Notes under the pieces: model-generated
Database searches by the model: none
What the model saw: the letters and a program-made list of their open reading frames with translations, nothing else
What the model was told of the DNA's origin: nothing
Translations under genes and position numbers: made by a program
Source: Candidatus Spongiisociaceae bacterium
GTDB taxonomy: Bacteria; Actinomycetota; Acidimicrobiia; Spongiisociales; Spongiisociaceae
Reading direction: 5' to 3'
NCBI GenBank assembly: GCA_965219685.1
Contig: CBDCOH010000002.1
Coordinates: 3,712,001-3,776,000, forward strand
DNA length: 64,000 nt
Part shown: positions 28,577 through 37,480 of the stretch, piece after piece
Numbering within the stretch: position 1 is the first letter of the stretch
Layout of the letters: the number at the start of each line of letters is the position of its first letter

Positions 28577-29818
28577 TCACCGAGCGACAGCGGGCAGTAT
28601 GGCCTTGGCGTTGTCTCCGAGCACCATCCGGCCGGCTTGTTCGGCCTCCGCCTCGGTCCACTCCAGGTCGGCAGAGAGATCGCTCAGCACGAGTGCCAGA
28701 TGTTTCCGCATCCGGTGTGCGCTGTAGCCGAGCCACTCGGCCGATGCGTAGGAATCGCTGCCGTAGAGCACCTTGTGCGCAGGAGCTATGGACAGAATGG
28801 TGCTCAGAATCGAATTGAGGCGCCCCGGTATCCGCATCGTGTGGGACAGGTCGACGTACACGTTGGGAAACTGCCAGGCCATGTAGGCGGCGTTCTCGTG
28901 GTACGGCGCCCCGGCATGGAGCATGACGAACGTCGTTCCGTTCGAAGCCGGGTCCGAGAAAAGGGAGAACAAGCGTGCCGGATCCGCGGCATGCAGGTTC
29001 TGGTTGGGCGAGTACTGGGCCCCCGTGTGAATCAGCTGCAGCAGGCCGAGATCGCCGGCGCGGGCGACGATGTGGCGGATCACGAAGTCCTCGTATGCCC
29101 GCGCCGCGCGCCCGGTCGCCTCGTCGTAGGTCCCGATACGCCCGTATAGGAACGACTCTTTCACGTCGGCCGGGGGCGTCGCCGCTACCTGGCGCAGCCC
29201 GGAAGCGGCTTCATCGGCGGTGGGCCTCGAGACGTCGAGCGCGCGGTAGTAGCCCATCAGGTTCTTGAACCCGACGCACCCTTGCGCCACGGCAATGTCG
29301 ATCGACTCGTCGACCCACCTGATGGCGTCGTCGAGCGAAGTGATGCCGCTTTCGATCACGGCAAGTGGAGAGAGCAACGGGGTGATTCCGTAGATCCACA
29401 CATAACGGTCGTCCGGGAATCCGGCGGCCCCGTCACGTAACTCGCCGAGCAGGTCGAGCACGACGAGGTCGATACGCTCCCGGTCGAGCACCGACTCCAG
29501 ATACATGCTGAAGCCCTGCTCCATCGTGGCAGAGAGCGTTTCGTCGATCTTCACGACATCGGGCTCGCATCCCAGGGCCCCGGCCACGTACCTGATCAGC
29601 ATGCGGTACTGCGAGTTGAGCGGGTGGGCCCATTGCGCCATGCCGCGCTCGTGGTCGGGGGCCGGTTCAAGATCGTCCCAGCGATATGACTTGCCCGGCG
29701 TGCCGTGGAAGAGGTTCAGTTGCGCGGTCACGTCGCGCCGGATCAACTCGCCCACACCGATCTGGATCGACATGTGGGCATGGAAATCGACTACGCCGGC
29801 GTCGGTGAGGTCGATCAT
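28577..29818 (-). CDS. Amidohydrolase family protein (FluG N-domain-like)
   Basis: VDFHAH, GFKN, IHTG, MLHAGAPY, PNVYVDLS, KVLYGSD. Confidence 0.82.
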   Translation of the reverse strand: MIDLTDAGVVDFHAHMSIQIGVGELIRRDVTAQLNLFHGTPGKSYRWDDLEPAPDHERGMAQWAHPLNSQYRMLIRYVAGALGCEPDVVKIDETLSATMEQGFSMYLESVLDRERIDLVVLDLLGELRDGAAGFPDDRYVWIYGITPLLSPLAVIESGITSLDDAIRWVDESIDIAVAQGCVGFKNLMGYYRALDVSRPTADEAASGLRQVAATPPADVKESFLYGRIGTYDEATGRAARAYEDFVIRHIVARAGDLGLLQLIHTGAQYSPNQNLHAADPARLFSLFSDPASNGTTFVMLHAGAPYHENAAYMAWQFPNVYVDLSHTMRIPGRLNSILSTILSIAPAHKVLYGSDSYASAEWLGYSAHRMRKHLALVLSDLSADLEWTEAEAEQAGRMVLGDNAKAILPAVAR

Positions 29819-30183
29819 CCTGCGAACTGGTAGACCTGTAGCCGGTTGCCTTCGGGGTCGGACACAACGAAGTACGTCCCCCAGTCGCGGGTCTCGGTAG
29901 TGCCCATCGCGTCGAGGCGGTCCCTTTCCGTTGCCAGATCGGCCACTTCCAGCCCGATGTGCACCCGCCCTGCCTCATCGTCCGTGATGCCGGAGCCGTG
30001 GGTGGCGCGATCGAATATCTCGAGCGCTGCTCGGTCCGACGCCAGGAATGCGAAGTCGACCAACGGCTGGTAGCCGGCTCCGGGGTCTATGTCGGCAACA
30101 TCCAGGCCTACGGTGTCGCGATAGAACTCAAGTGCCGTGTCGAAATCGTCGACGTAGAGCATGACCGCGCCGATCTTCATCAT
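29815..30183 (-). CDS. VOC/glyoxalase family protein (paralog of 5167-5544)
   Basis: KIGAVMLYVDDF..FYRDTVGL, EIFDR, SDPEGN. Confidence 0.85.
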   Translation of the reverse strand: MMKIGAVMLYVDDFDTALEFYRDTVGLDVADIDPGAGYQPLVDFAFLASDRAALEIFDRATHGSGITDDEAGRVHIGLEVADLATERDRLDAMGTTETRDWGTYFVVSDPEGNRLQVYQFAG

Positions 30184-30191
30184 CTCAACCC

Positions 30192-30473
30192 TCAGACGGC
30201 GAAGATCCGCTTCGGGTTCTCCACCAGGATATCGTTCAACTGATCTTCGGTGACCCCGGCCTCGCGCAGCATCGGAACCACCTCGGTCAGAGGGTACACC
30301 CATCCCTTGCCGCCGTGCTCGGCGAAGTGCACCTTGAGACAGTGGTCGTGCGCAGTCATGACCTGCTTGCTGTAGCCGTCTGCGCACAACCGGGCGAGCG
30401 TCTCTACCCGCTCCTGGTCCGAGACCCAGTGGTCTCGTCCGAAGATGAGGTGCGACTCGTTCCACGGTGAGTC
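30192..30473 (-). pseudogene. C-terminal fragment of a PTE-related gene (paralog of 4077-5135)
   Basis: [33 protein letters not shown]...NPKRIFAV aligns with the 4077 protein C-terminus. Confidence 0.85.
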
Positions 30474-30554
30474 CCGGAGCGGCTCCTCGATGCTCGGACC
30501 CGGTCGGAACGGGCGTTCGGTCGTTACCGAAGCCTGTGTCCGTGGGGTATCGAC

Positions 30555-30680
30555 CCGCCTGGGGTTGTCAGAGAGCAGCTTGTGCGTGAGCACGCTACCT
30601 GCCGGCGTGCGCGCCACGATGTCGGTGAACCTGCCGCCGCGATCGATCCAGAACCGCCGGCCAGCCAGTTCAGCATCCAT
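30555..30680 (-). pseudogene. 5' fragment of a 5-oxoprolinase/hydantoinase gene, in frame with the PTE fragment
   Basis: [15 protein letters not shown]...THKLLSDNP is the typical oxoprolinase N-terminus. Confidence 0.75.
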
Positions 30681-30821
30681 GAATCGCACCTCGAACGAGT
30701 AACGTCAAGGATGACCAGGCCGCGTTTGCCGCTCTCGTGATCGCAGCGGCCGGCCAGATCTCGTACGAGCTCGGCTGGCTCGGCCCGGACCGGCGATGAC
30801 CACCAAAGGCGGAACGGCGAC

Positions 30822-31526
30822 ATGACCTACACGATCCTCGGATGTGACTCTGCGACGGGCCGCGTCGGCATCGGCATCGCCACCCACTCGATCGCCGCCG
30901 GCGGGTACTGCCAGGTGGTCCGGTCTGGCATCGGTGCGATCGCCAGCCAGGCGTACGCCGACCCCAGGCTGCTCCCCGTGGCAACCGGCATGCTGGAGCG
31001 CGGCCTCTCTCCTGCGGAAGTCGTCACCGGGTTGGCCGACGTCGATCCCGACTACGCCTTTCGCCAGACCGCAGTGCTGACCCCGGACGGGGTCGCCGCT
31101 GCGCACACCGGGGACAGGACAGGCCACTGGTCGGGCCACGTCATCGGCGACGGCTACATCGCCACGGGGAACTCCCTCGAGGGCGAGGGGGTGGTCGAAG
31201 CGATGGCCGATGCGTTCGAGTCGGCGGCGGGTAATCCTGTGGAGGACCGTTTGGTGGCCGGCCTGGAGGCCGGTCGCGATGCCGGAGGCCAGGTCGGGAA
31301 CTACTACGAGCGCTCGGCCACGCTGGTGGTGGCCGAGACGGATACGTTTCCCGACATCGATCTGCGCATCGACTTCCACGCGTCCGACGCCGTCGGCGAG
31401 CTTCGCTCCCTGCTCCATGTCTACCGGCCGTACCTGCACATCTACAACCACGTCCGCACCAAGGAGCCTCGACAAGCCGTCGGGATGACCTACGAAGAGT
31501 GGAATCCGCTGCCCCCGGAAGGTTGA
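30822..31526 (+). CDS. DUF1028 family (Ntn-hydrolase-like) protein
   Basis: MTYTILGCD, GAIASQA, AAHTG, ATGN, GRDAGGQ, DLRID. Confidence 0.85.
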   Translation: MTYTILGCDSATGRVGIGIATHSIAAGGYCQVVRSGIGAIASQAYADPRLLPVATGMLERGLSPAEVVTGLADVDPDYAFRQTAVLTPDGVAAAHTGDRTGHWSGHVIGDGYIATGNSLEGEGVVEAMADAFESAAGNPVEDRLVAGLEAGRDAGGQVGNYYERSATLVVAETDTFPDIDLRIDFHASDAVGELRSLLHVYRPYLHIYNHVRTKEPRQAVGMTYEEWNPLPPEG

Positions 31527-31527
31527 G

Positions 31528-32508
31528 ATGCGCTACCGAAGGCTCGGGCGTACCGGGCTGGAAGTGTCGGAAGTCGGCATCGGGACGTGGGGCATCGGCG
31601 GGCTGGCTTGGGGCGAGCGAGACGACGAGCGGTCCAAGCAAGCCCTCCATCACGCTCTGGACCTGGGCGTCAACTTCATCGACACGGCGTACGGATACGG
31701 CGAAGGCCGGTCGGAGGAGTTGATAGGCGAGGTCCTCGTGAGCCGACCGGATGTCACACCCGTCGTCGCCACCAAGATCCCGCTCGAGACACGTGTCTGG
31801 CCCGCTACCGACGACATGGCGGTCGAGGACTGCTACTCACCCGGGTGGATTCGATCGTGCACCGAGGAGAGCCTGCGCCGTCTCGGCACCGACCACATCG
31901 ATCTCCAGCAATTCCACTTCTGGGCCGACTCCTGGACCGACCAGGGCCAGTGGGCGGACGCGGTGTCGGCGTTAAAGAAAGAGGGCAAGATCCGGTTCTT
32001 CGGGGTGTCCACCAACGATCACGAGCCCGATTCGGTGCTGCGCCTGTTGGAGTCGGGACTGGTGGACACCGTGCAGGTGATCTACAACCTCTTCGACCAG
32101 TCGGCACGCGAGCGCCTGCTGCCCCGATGCGAGGAACTCGACATCGGCGTGATCGCCCGCTCTCCATTCGACGAGGGCGGCCTCACCGGTGCCCTCCGCT
32201 CCGACGCCGTGTTCGCGGCCGGTGACTGGCGCCGCGGCTACTTCAAAGGCGGCCGCCTGGCCGAGACCGTAGCCCGGGCCGGAGCAGTAGCGGAGACCCT
32301 CGCCGAGCACGCCTCCAGCCTCGCCGAAGGCGCACTGCGCTTCTGCCTCAGCGAGGACGCGGTGTCCACCGTTATCCCGGGGATGCGCTCGCCGGCTCAT
32401 GTGGACCAGAATTGCGCCGTCTCAGACGGGCGGCTGCTGGTGTCCGAGGTGCTCGAGAAATTGCGGGACCACTCATGGCCGCGCAACTTCTACGCCGATG
32501 CGTGGTGA
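31528..32508 (+). CDS. Aldo/keto reductase
   Basis: LGRTGLEVS, FIDTAYGYG, SLRRLGTDHIDL, VSTVIPG. Confidence 0.92.
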   Translation: MRYRRLGRTGLEVSEVGIGTWGIGGLAWGERDDERSKQALHHALDLGVNFIDTAYGYGEGRSEELIGEVLVSRPDVTPVVATKIPLETRVWPATDDMAVEDCYSPGWIRSCTEESLRRLGTDHIDLQQFHFWADSWTDQGQWADAVSALKKEGKIRFFGVSTNDHEPDSVLRLLESGLVDTVQVIYNLFDQSARERLLPRCEELDIGVIARSPFDEGGLTGALRSDAVFAAGDWRRGYFKGGRLAETVARAGAVAETLAEHASSLAEGALRFCLSEDAVSTVIPGMRSPAHVDQNCAVSDGRLLVSEVLEKLRDHSWPRNFYADAW

Positions 32509-32519
32509 GGGGAAGACCG

Positions 32520-32590
32520 ATGTTTGACATCGTCGTGCGCGGCGGCTTCGTCGTAGACGGAACGGGAGCTCCCGGCCGCAACGCCCACAT
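32520..32590 (+). pseudogene. 5' stub of an N-acyl-D-amino-acid deacylase-type amidohydrolase
   Basis: MFDIVVRGGFVVDGTGAPG, then runs into an inverted PTE piece. Confidence 0.65.
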
Positions 32591-32591
32591 C

Positions 32592-32703
32592 ACATTGAGC
32601 CACGAGCACCTGCTGCTCGACACCTCTCATCTGTTCTGGGAGGAGCCTTGACGCCGAGGTCATCCGGTGGAATCTCGCCGAGCACGGTACGGACCGTGGC
32701 CAT
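32592..32703. pseudogene. Two N-terminal PTE fragments in opposite orientations
   Basis: Minus strand 32703-32650 MATVRTVLGEIPPDDLGV; plus strand 32592-32648 TLSHEHLLLDTSHLFWEEP; contiguous in the 4077 paralog. Confidence 0.8.
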
Positions 32704-32719
32704 GAGTTAACAGCTTCCC

Positions 32720-33628
32720 TCAGTTCTGCTGATCCTCATCGGAGACGTCGAGTTGGAGGAGGCGGGCTGCGTTGTTGCCGAGGTAGGCGTCGATGTCGTC
32801 GTCGGTGAGGTCGGGGAGGCCGGGGGCGATGTTGAGCTCTCTGGCGAGGCGGGGGAAGGACTTGATGTAGGGGACGTCTTCGCGGCAGTCGTAGTTGTCG
32901 GTGCCCCAGAGACACTTGTCGAGGACCTTGAAGTGCTTGGCGTACTTCAAGAACCGCACATTGGCCTCCAACGGCTGGAGGAAACCCCACCAGCCGGTCC
33001 CGGCGTACATGTTGCGGTTCTTCAGCATCATCATCACGACCTCTTCGTAGTAGTTGAATCCGGCGTGGACCACGATCAGCTTCAAGTCGGGGAACCGAAC
33101 CGAAACTCTGTCCAGATGCAGGGGATGCTGCTGGCTCAACAAGTCGTATCCGGCCCACCCGGTGTGGACCTGGATGATCATCCCGAGCTCCTCGGCCTTC
33201 TCGTAGATGGGCATGATCCGCTCGTCGTCGAGGTTCATGTCGTAGTCAGGCGCCGGTGTGATCTTCATACCGATGAGACCCATGTCTACGATCTCCTCCA
33301 TCTCCCGCAGGGCGGGGAGGCCGCCGAGGAGGTCGACGCTACCCATGCCGATCAGCCGATCGGGGAATTTGGCCACCTCGCCCGCCACGAACTCGGACGG
33401 CACGTGGGCGTTCAGATGAGGCATCTTGATCGCGTGACTAATGGCTTTGTCGACGCCTGCTTCGTCCATACGGGCGACCATCTCTTCGCCGCTCATGCCC
33501 TGGTTCAGGCCCGTCTTCTCACCGATCTCGGTCCAACCGGCGGCGATCATCGCGTCGTCCATCATGGTCAGGTCGCCCCAACTGTTCGGCTCCGATAGCC
33601 AGACGTGGGTGTCAATGATCATGGACAC
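32720..33628 (-). CDS. Amidohydrolase_2 family protein (paralog of 15222-16112)
   Basis: IIDTHVWL, VHTG, RFPDLKLIVVHAG, LWGTDNYDCRED. Confidence 0.87.
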   Translation of the reverse strand: MSMIIDTHVWLSEPNSWGDLTMMDDAMIAAGWTEIGEKTGLNQGMSGEEMVARMDEAGVDKAISHAIKMPHLNAHVPSEFVAGEVAKFPDRLIGMGSVDLLGGLPALREMEEIVDMGLIGMKITPAPDYDMNLDDERIMPIYEKAEELGMIIQVHTGWAGYDLLSQQHPLHLDRVSVRFPDLKLIVVHAGFNYYEEVVMMMLKNRNMYAGTGWWGFLQPLEANVRFLKYAKHFKVLDKCLWGTDNYDCREDVPYIKSFPRLARELNIAPGLPDLTDDDIDAYLGNNAARLLQLDVSDEDQQN

Positions 33629-33707
33629 TCCCCATTCAAGCGATTGCGCGTACTCTGCCCGGATCGCAAGCGCCGATACCGAGCCGCGCTCACCATACCT
33701 ATGTGAT

Positions 33708-33752
33708 TAGTTCCTAGTCGGTAGTCAGTAGTCAGTAGTCAGCAATCGGTAG
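33708..33752. repeat. Degenerate (RGTAGTC)n heptamer repeat
   Basis: tagttcc tagtcgg tagtcag tagtcag tagtcag caatcgg tag. Confidence 0.75.
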
Positions 33753-34281
33753 TTACCGTTAGGTCGGATCACTTGCCATCCTCCATAGCATTGTTCGGGT
33801 CTCGCGGTTTACACCCGGGGGGGTGAGGGGTCCGAGTCCAGAAACAGACGTATAACAAGTTGCAGATGTATTGTACGGCGTTGTATAGCACATAGTAGAG
33901 TACGGTCGCTTCCGGTTAGATCCCTTGGAACTACTCGTCTAGCTCGCATGGGCGGCACGTAGCGGGCAGGTCTGCGAGTGATCACGGAGTCGAAAGTGCA
34001 AGTGGTGGCCACCGGCCTGGACCTCAAGGGCGCCAGACGTCGGGGTTGAGACTGAGACTCCTCCATCCGGATCCAACACTCCGGGCCGGAACACGGGCGG
34101 ATACGCTTGCGTGACCAAGGCGAACTCGACCTCAACGGCCAAAACGCGCTGCGCACCAGGGGAAACCCTCATTGTCAGGGGTCGACCAGCTCGTCGGACC
34201 CGCATCAACCCGTCAAAACCAGTTGCGCGTACTACCTGCCTAGTGGATAATCCACCTAGCGACCCGAGGAGGAGGGTGCTC

Positions 34282-35520
34282 ATGGCAGAAGGCCGCGATC
34301 CGATCAGCAGGAGGGACTTCGTAAAGCTAGCCGGCAAGGGGGCGGTCGTAGCGGGCGCCATGCCGGCCGTGCTGGCCGCCTGCGGTGAGGATGCTCCACC
34401 CGAGACGGTGGTCGTGACATCGATCGTCACCGAGATCGAAGAGAAGATCGTCACCGAGACCGAGACGATTATCGAGACCGTAGTCGAGGAAGCGCCCACC
34501 ACCACCCTCAGCCCGCGTGACGCAGGGTTGGCCGCGGAGAACGGTGCCGACCTCCTCATCTACGCCCCGCCCGGGCGGGAGATCCCGACGCAGTGGCCGG
34601 GTTACCTCGGCAGGTTCCCGGAGCCGCAGTTCGCAGCGACCGCCGGAAGCTTCGCCTCGCTCGGTGAGTTGCAGCTGGGCGCCATCGAGCCTGACATCTG
34701 GAACCCGTGCTTCGCGGTGTTCGATACTGCGGTGAGCGAGGGTTTGGTGCAGGCGTGGGATACGGACCTGATCCCCAACTTCGCGGACCTGAACCCGAAC
34801 CTGACCGCGGCAACCTCGCGCGACGGCAACCAGTACGCCATTCCGCTGCTGTACGGCCTGGCGATCCCCATCTACCGGGCAGACCTGTACACGCCGAAGG
34901 AGAACTCCTACTCCATCCTCTTCGACGAGGATCTGGCGGGGAAGGTCACCTGGACGGACTCGGCCGAGTGGTTCGTGGTAGCCGGCAAGCTTCCGGAGAA
35001 CAACGTGGCCAACCCCCTGGATCCGACCGAGGAGGAACTGGACCGCCTCGTCGAGTTCATGAAGAGAAAGATCAGGATTGTTCCGGCCGCTCTGTACAGC
35101 GATCTGGCCACCAACCAGACCGATCTGGCTACGGGCAACATCGTGGCCTCGTACGTCGCGCCTACCCAGTGGATCGAGTTGACCAAGCAGGGTGTCGACA
35201 TCGCCTTCATCACCCCGGACGAGGGCTTCATCGGGTTCTCGTGCGGCTATTTCCTGATGGCCGGCGCCGATCAGTACTACCACGCCCACGAGTGGGTCAA
35301 TGCGGCGGTCAGTGTCGAGGCGGCCCTGACCATCTCGAACAAGTTCAACTTCGGGAACTCCAACCTGAAGGCGACTGCGGTCGACAACCCGTTGCTGGTG
35401 GACGTGATGGGACTGGGTAACCCCTCCGCTCTGGACGGGGTCTCGCTGCTCGACAAGATGCAGAACATCGACCGGCTGAACGACGCGTGGATCGAGGTTA
35501 AGGCGGCAGCCGGAGTCTGA
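34282..35520 (+). CDS. PotD/PotF-like substrate-binding Tat lipoprotein
   Basis: SRRDFVK Tat motif, LAAC lipobox, IPNFADL, P.EG, next to PotBC-like permeases. Confidence 0.85.
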   Translation: MAEGRDPISRRDFVKLAGKGAVVAGAMPAVLAACGEDAPPETVVVTSIVTEIEEKIVTETETIIETVVEEAPTTTLSPRDAGLAAENGADLLIYAPPGREIPTQWPGYLGRFPEPQFAATAGSFASLGELQLGAIEPDIWNPCFAVFDTAVSEGLVQAWDTDLIPNFADLNPNLTAATSRDGNQYAIPLLYGLAIPIYRADLYTPKENSYSILFDEDLAGKVTWTDSAEWFVVAGKLPENNVANPLDPTEEELDRLVEFMKRKIRIVPAALYSDLATNQTDLATGNIVASYVAPTQWIELTKQGVDIAFITPDEGFIGFSCGYFLMAGADQYYHAHEWVNAAVSVEAALTISNKFNFGNSNLKATAVDNPLLVDVMGLGNPSALDGVSLLDKMQNIDRLNDAWIEVKAAAGV

Positions 35521-35647
35521 TCCACACCCGAGCCAACGAGTTCAGGAGGGTGCCGGGTTACCGACGGTCTCAGGCGACTGGTGAGAACCCGTCTCTGTCC
35601 GGCACCCTCTCGGGTCGGTAGGCCATGAAACCTGCCGACCCCTACCA

Positions 35648-36571
35648 TTGAGTTCCGTGGTCTCAGAGAACGACGCTTCCGGGAAGAAAGGTCGCGTAGC
35701 CAGCCTGGCGCGCCGCCGTCACCGGGTGACGCGCTCCCTGCTGGCGCTGCCGCTCGGCTGGCTGCTGCTGTTCTTCGTGATCCCGGTGTCACTGGTCGTC
35801 CTCTATAGCGTCGGGATACTGGCCACCTTCACCAAGGAGGAGGGGGTCAGCCTGGAGAGTTGGAGGCTGTTCCTCACCGGCGAGAACGTCTACATGCTGC
35901 TGTTCATCAAGTCGTTCCGCATGGCTCTCATCGTGGCGGTGGTCGTGGTGATCCTCGCCTACCCGATCGCCTACTTCCTGGCGATGATCGCCGACAAGTA
36001 CAAGTACTCGTTGTTGCTCCTGATGATCGCCCCCTTCATGACCAACTTCTTCATGCGGGTGATGGCGTGGAAGGTGCTGCTGGGCAGGCAGGGGGTGATC
36101 AACTCCTTCCTGTTCTGGTCGGGTCTGCGCGAGGAGGGGAATCCCATCGAGGGCCTCGCCTTCGGGGAGATCCCGGTCATGATCGTGCTGGGATACGTGT
36201 GGATCCCGTTCGTCATGCTGCCGATGTTCGCAGCGATGATCAGCATGGACCGCCGGCTGCTGGAGGCCGCCGCCGACCTGGGAGCGAGCCGGTGGCGGGC
36301 CTTCTGGAAGGTGACCTTCCCGCTCAGCCTCCCCGGAGTGGTGGCGTCCTTCTTCTTCGTGTTCATCCCGACCATCGGAGAGTTCGTGGTGCCCAAGCTG
36401 GTGGGCGGAACCCGGGGCTACATGTTCGGGAGCGCCATCGACGACCTGTTCGGTATGGGTCTCGACTGGCGGACAGGATCCGTGCTGTCCCTCTGGCTCG
36501 TGATGGCGGTGTTCGTCCTGGCGCTGTTGTTCATGCGCTTGGTGCGTTTCGGGAGGCTGGCCGAATCATGA
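35648..36571 (+). CDS. PotB-like ABC permease
   Basis: LAYPIAY, LLEAAADLGAS, VTFPLSLPG, PKLVGG; start codon uncertain. Confidence 0.88.
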   Translation: MSSVVSENDASGKKGRVASLARRRHRVTRSLLALPLGWLLLFFVIPVSLVVLYSVGILATFTKEEGVSLESWRLFLTGENVYMLLFIKSFRMALIVAVVVVILAYPIAYFLAMIADKYKYSLLLLMIAPFMTNFFMRVMAWKVLLGRQGVINSFLFWSGLREEGNPIEGLAFGEIPVMIVLGYVWIPFVMLPMFAAMISMDRRLLEAAADLGASRWRAFWKVTFPLSLPGVVASFFFVFIPTIGEFVVPKLVGGTRGYMFGSAIDDLFGMGLDWRTGSVLSLWLVMAVFVLALLFMRLVRFGRLAES

Positions 36572-37449
36572 TCGACATCGCCACTTCCAAGCTGGCCAAA
36601 TGGGTCCTGATCGGGATATTCATCCTCGAGATCATCTTCCTCTACGCCCCCGTCACCCTGCTCTACATCTTCTCGTTCAACCAGGGAAGCGTCGTCGGCT
36701 TCCCCTTCTCCGGGTTCACGTTCGACTGGTACGAGACGGCTTTCACCAACCGCGGCCTCCTGCTCTCGATCCGTACCAGCGCGACGATCGCCCTCATGTC
36801 AAGCACCGCCTCCATCGTGGTGGGCCTACTGATGGCCATTCCCCTGGCCCGGCGCAAGTTCAAGGCCAAGACGCCGATCATGGCCCTCGTACTGAGCCCG
36901 CTGGTGGTGCCCCACCTGGTGTTCGGCGTCGCGTTGCTGATCACCTTCCGGAGTGTCTCCCTCGTCACGAACGACGCCATCGAGTTCCCCTTGTCGTTGC
37001 CGGCCGTGGCTATCGGGCATGTTGTCGTCCTGATGCCGCTGATCGTCCTGATCCTGATACCCCGCCTGCAACGTATCGACGCCCACCTCGAGGAGGCGGC
37101 CCAGGACTTGGGGGCCAGCGGTTGGCGGACCTTCCGAACCATCATTCTTCCCCTCATAGCGCCGGCCCTAGCGGCTGCCTACGTGATCTCCTTCATCATC
37201 TCGTTCAACGAGTACGCGGTGGCCGTGTTCGTGAGCGGTCCTACCACCACCTTCCCGATCTACGTTCTGAACGAGTTGCAGGTTCCCGTGAGAGTGCCGC
37301 AGATAATCGCGATCTCGGTGATCGTCGTGACCATCTCGCTGCTGGTAGTGGTCGGCGCCGAATTGATGCGCCGCGTCTTCGAGCGCCGGTACCGGGTACT
37401 CAGCCAGACCGCGGGGTTGCTCGGTGTGGCCGACGCGGATACGGAGTGA
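36568..37449 (+). CDS. PotC-like ABC permease
   Basis: FLYAP...SFN...FTFDWY, LEEAAQDLGA, SFNE. Confidence 0.88.
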   Translation: MIDIATSKLAKWVLIGIFILEIIFLYAPVTLLYIFSFNQGSVVGFPFSGFTFDWYETAFTNRGLLLSIRTSATIALMSSTASIVVGLLMAIPLARRKFKAKTPIMALVLSPLVVPHLVFGVALLITFRSVSLVTNDAIEFPLSLPAVAIGHVVVLMPLIVLILIPRLQRIDAHLEEAAQDLGASGWRTFRTIILPLIAPALAAAYVISFIISFNEYAVAVFVSGPTTTFPIYVLNELQVPVRVPQIIAISVIVVTISLLVVVGAELMRRVFERRYRVLSQTAGLLGVADADTE

Positions 37450-37480
37450 GGATGAGATCGGGGCGAGGGACGGAGGTGTG

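Noticed and set aside
33930-34260. ncRNA or gene remnant in the long intergenic region
   Set aside because: No recognisable RNA family motif or protein similarity; the ORF-track extension 34111-34281 lies upstream of a good RBS and Tat start.
35860-37449. 529-aa permease, and similar long N-terminal extensions at 38857 and 42058
   Set aside because: The extensions are alternative-frame read-through of upstream genes in high-GC DNA; likely true starts are 36568, 39229 and 42631.
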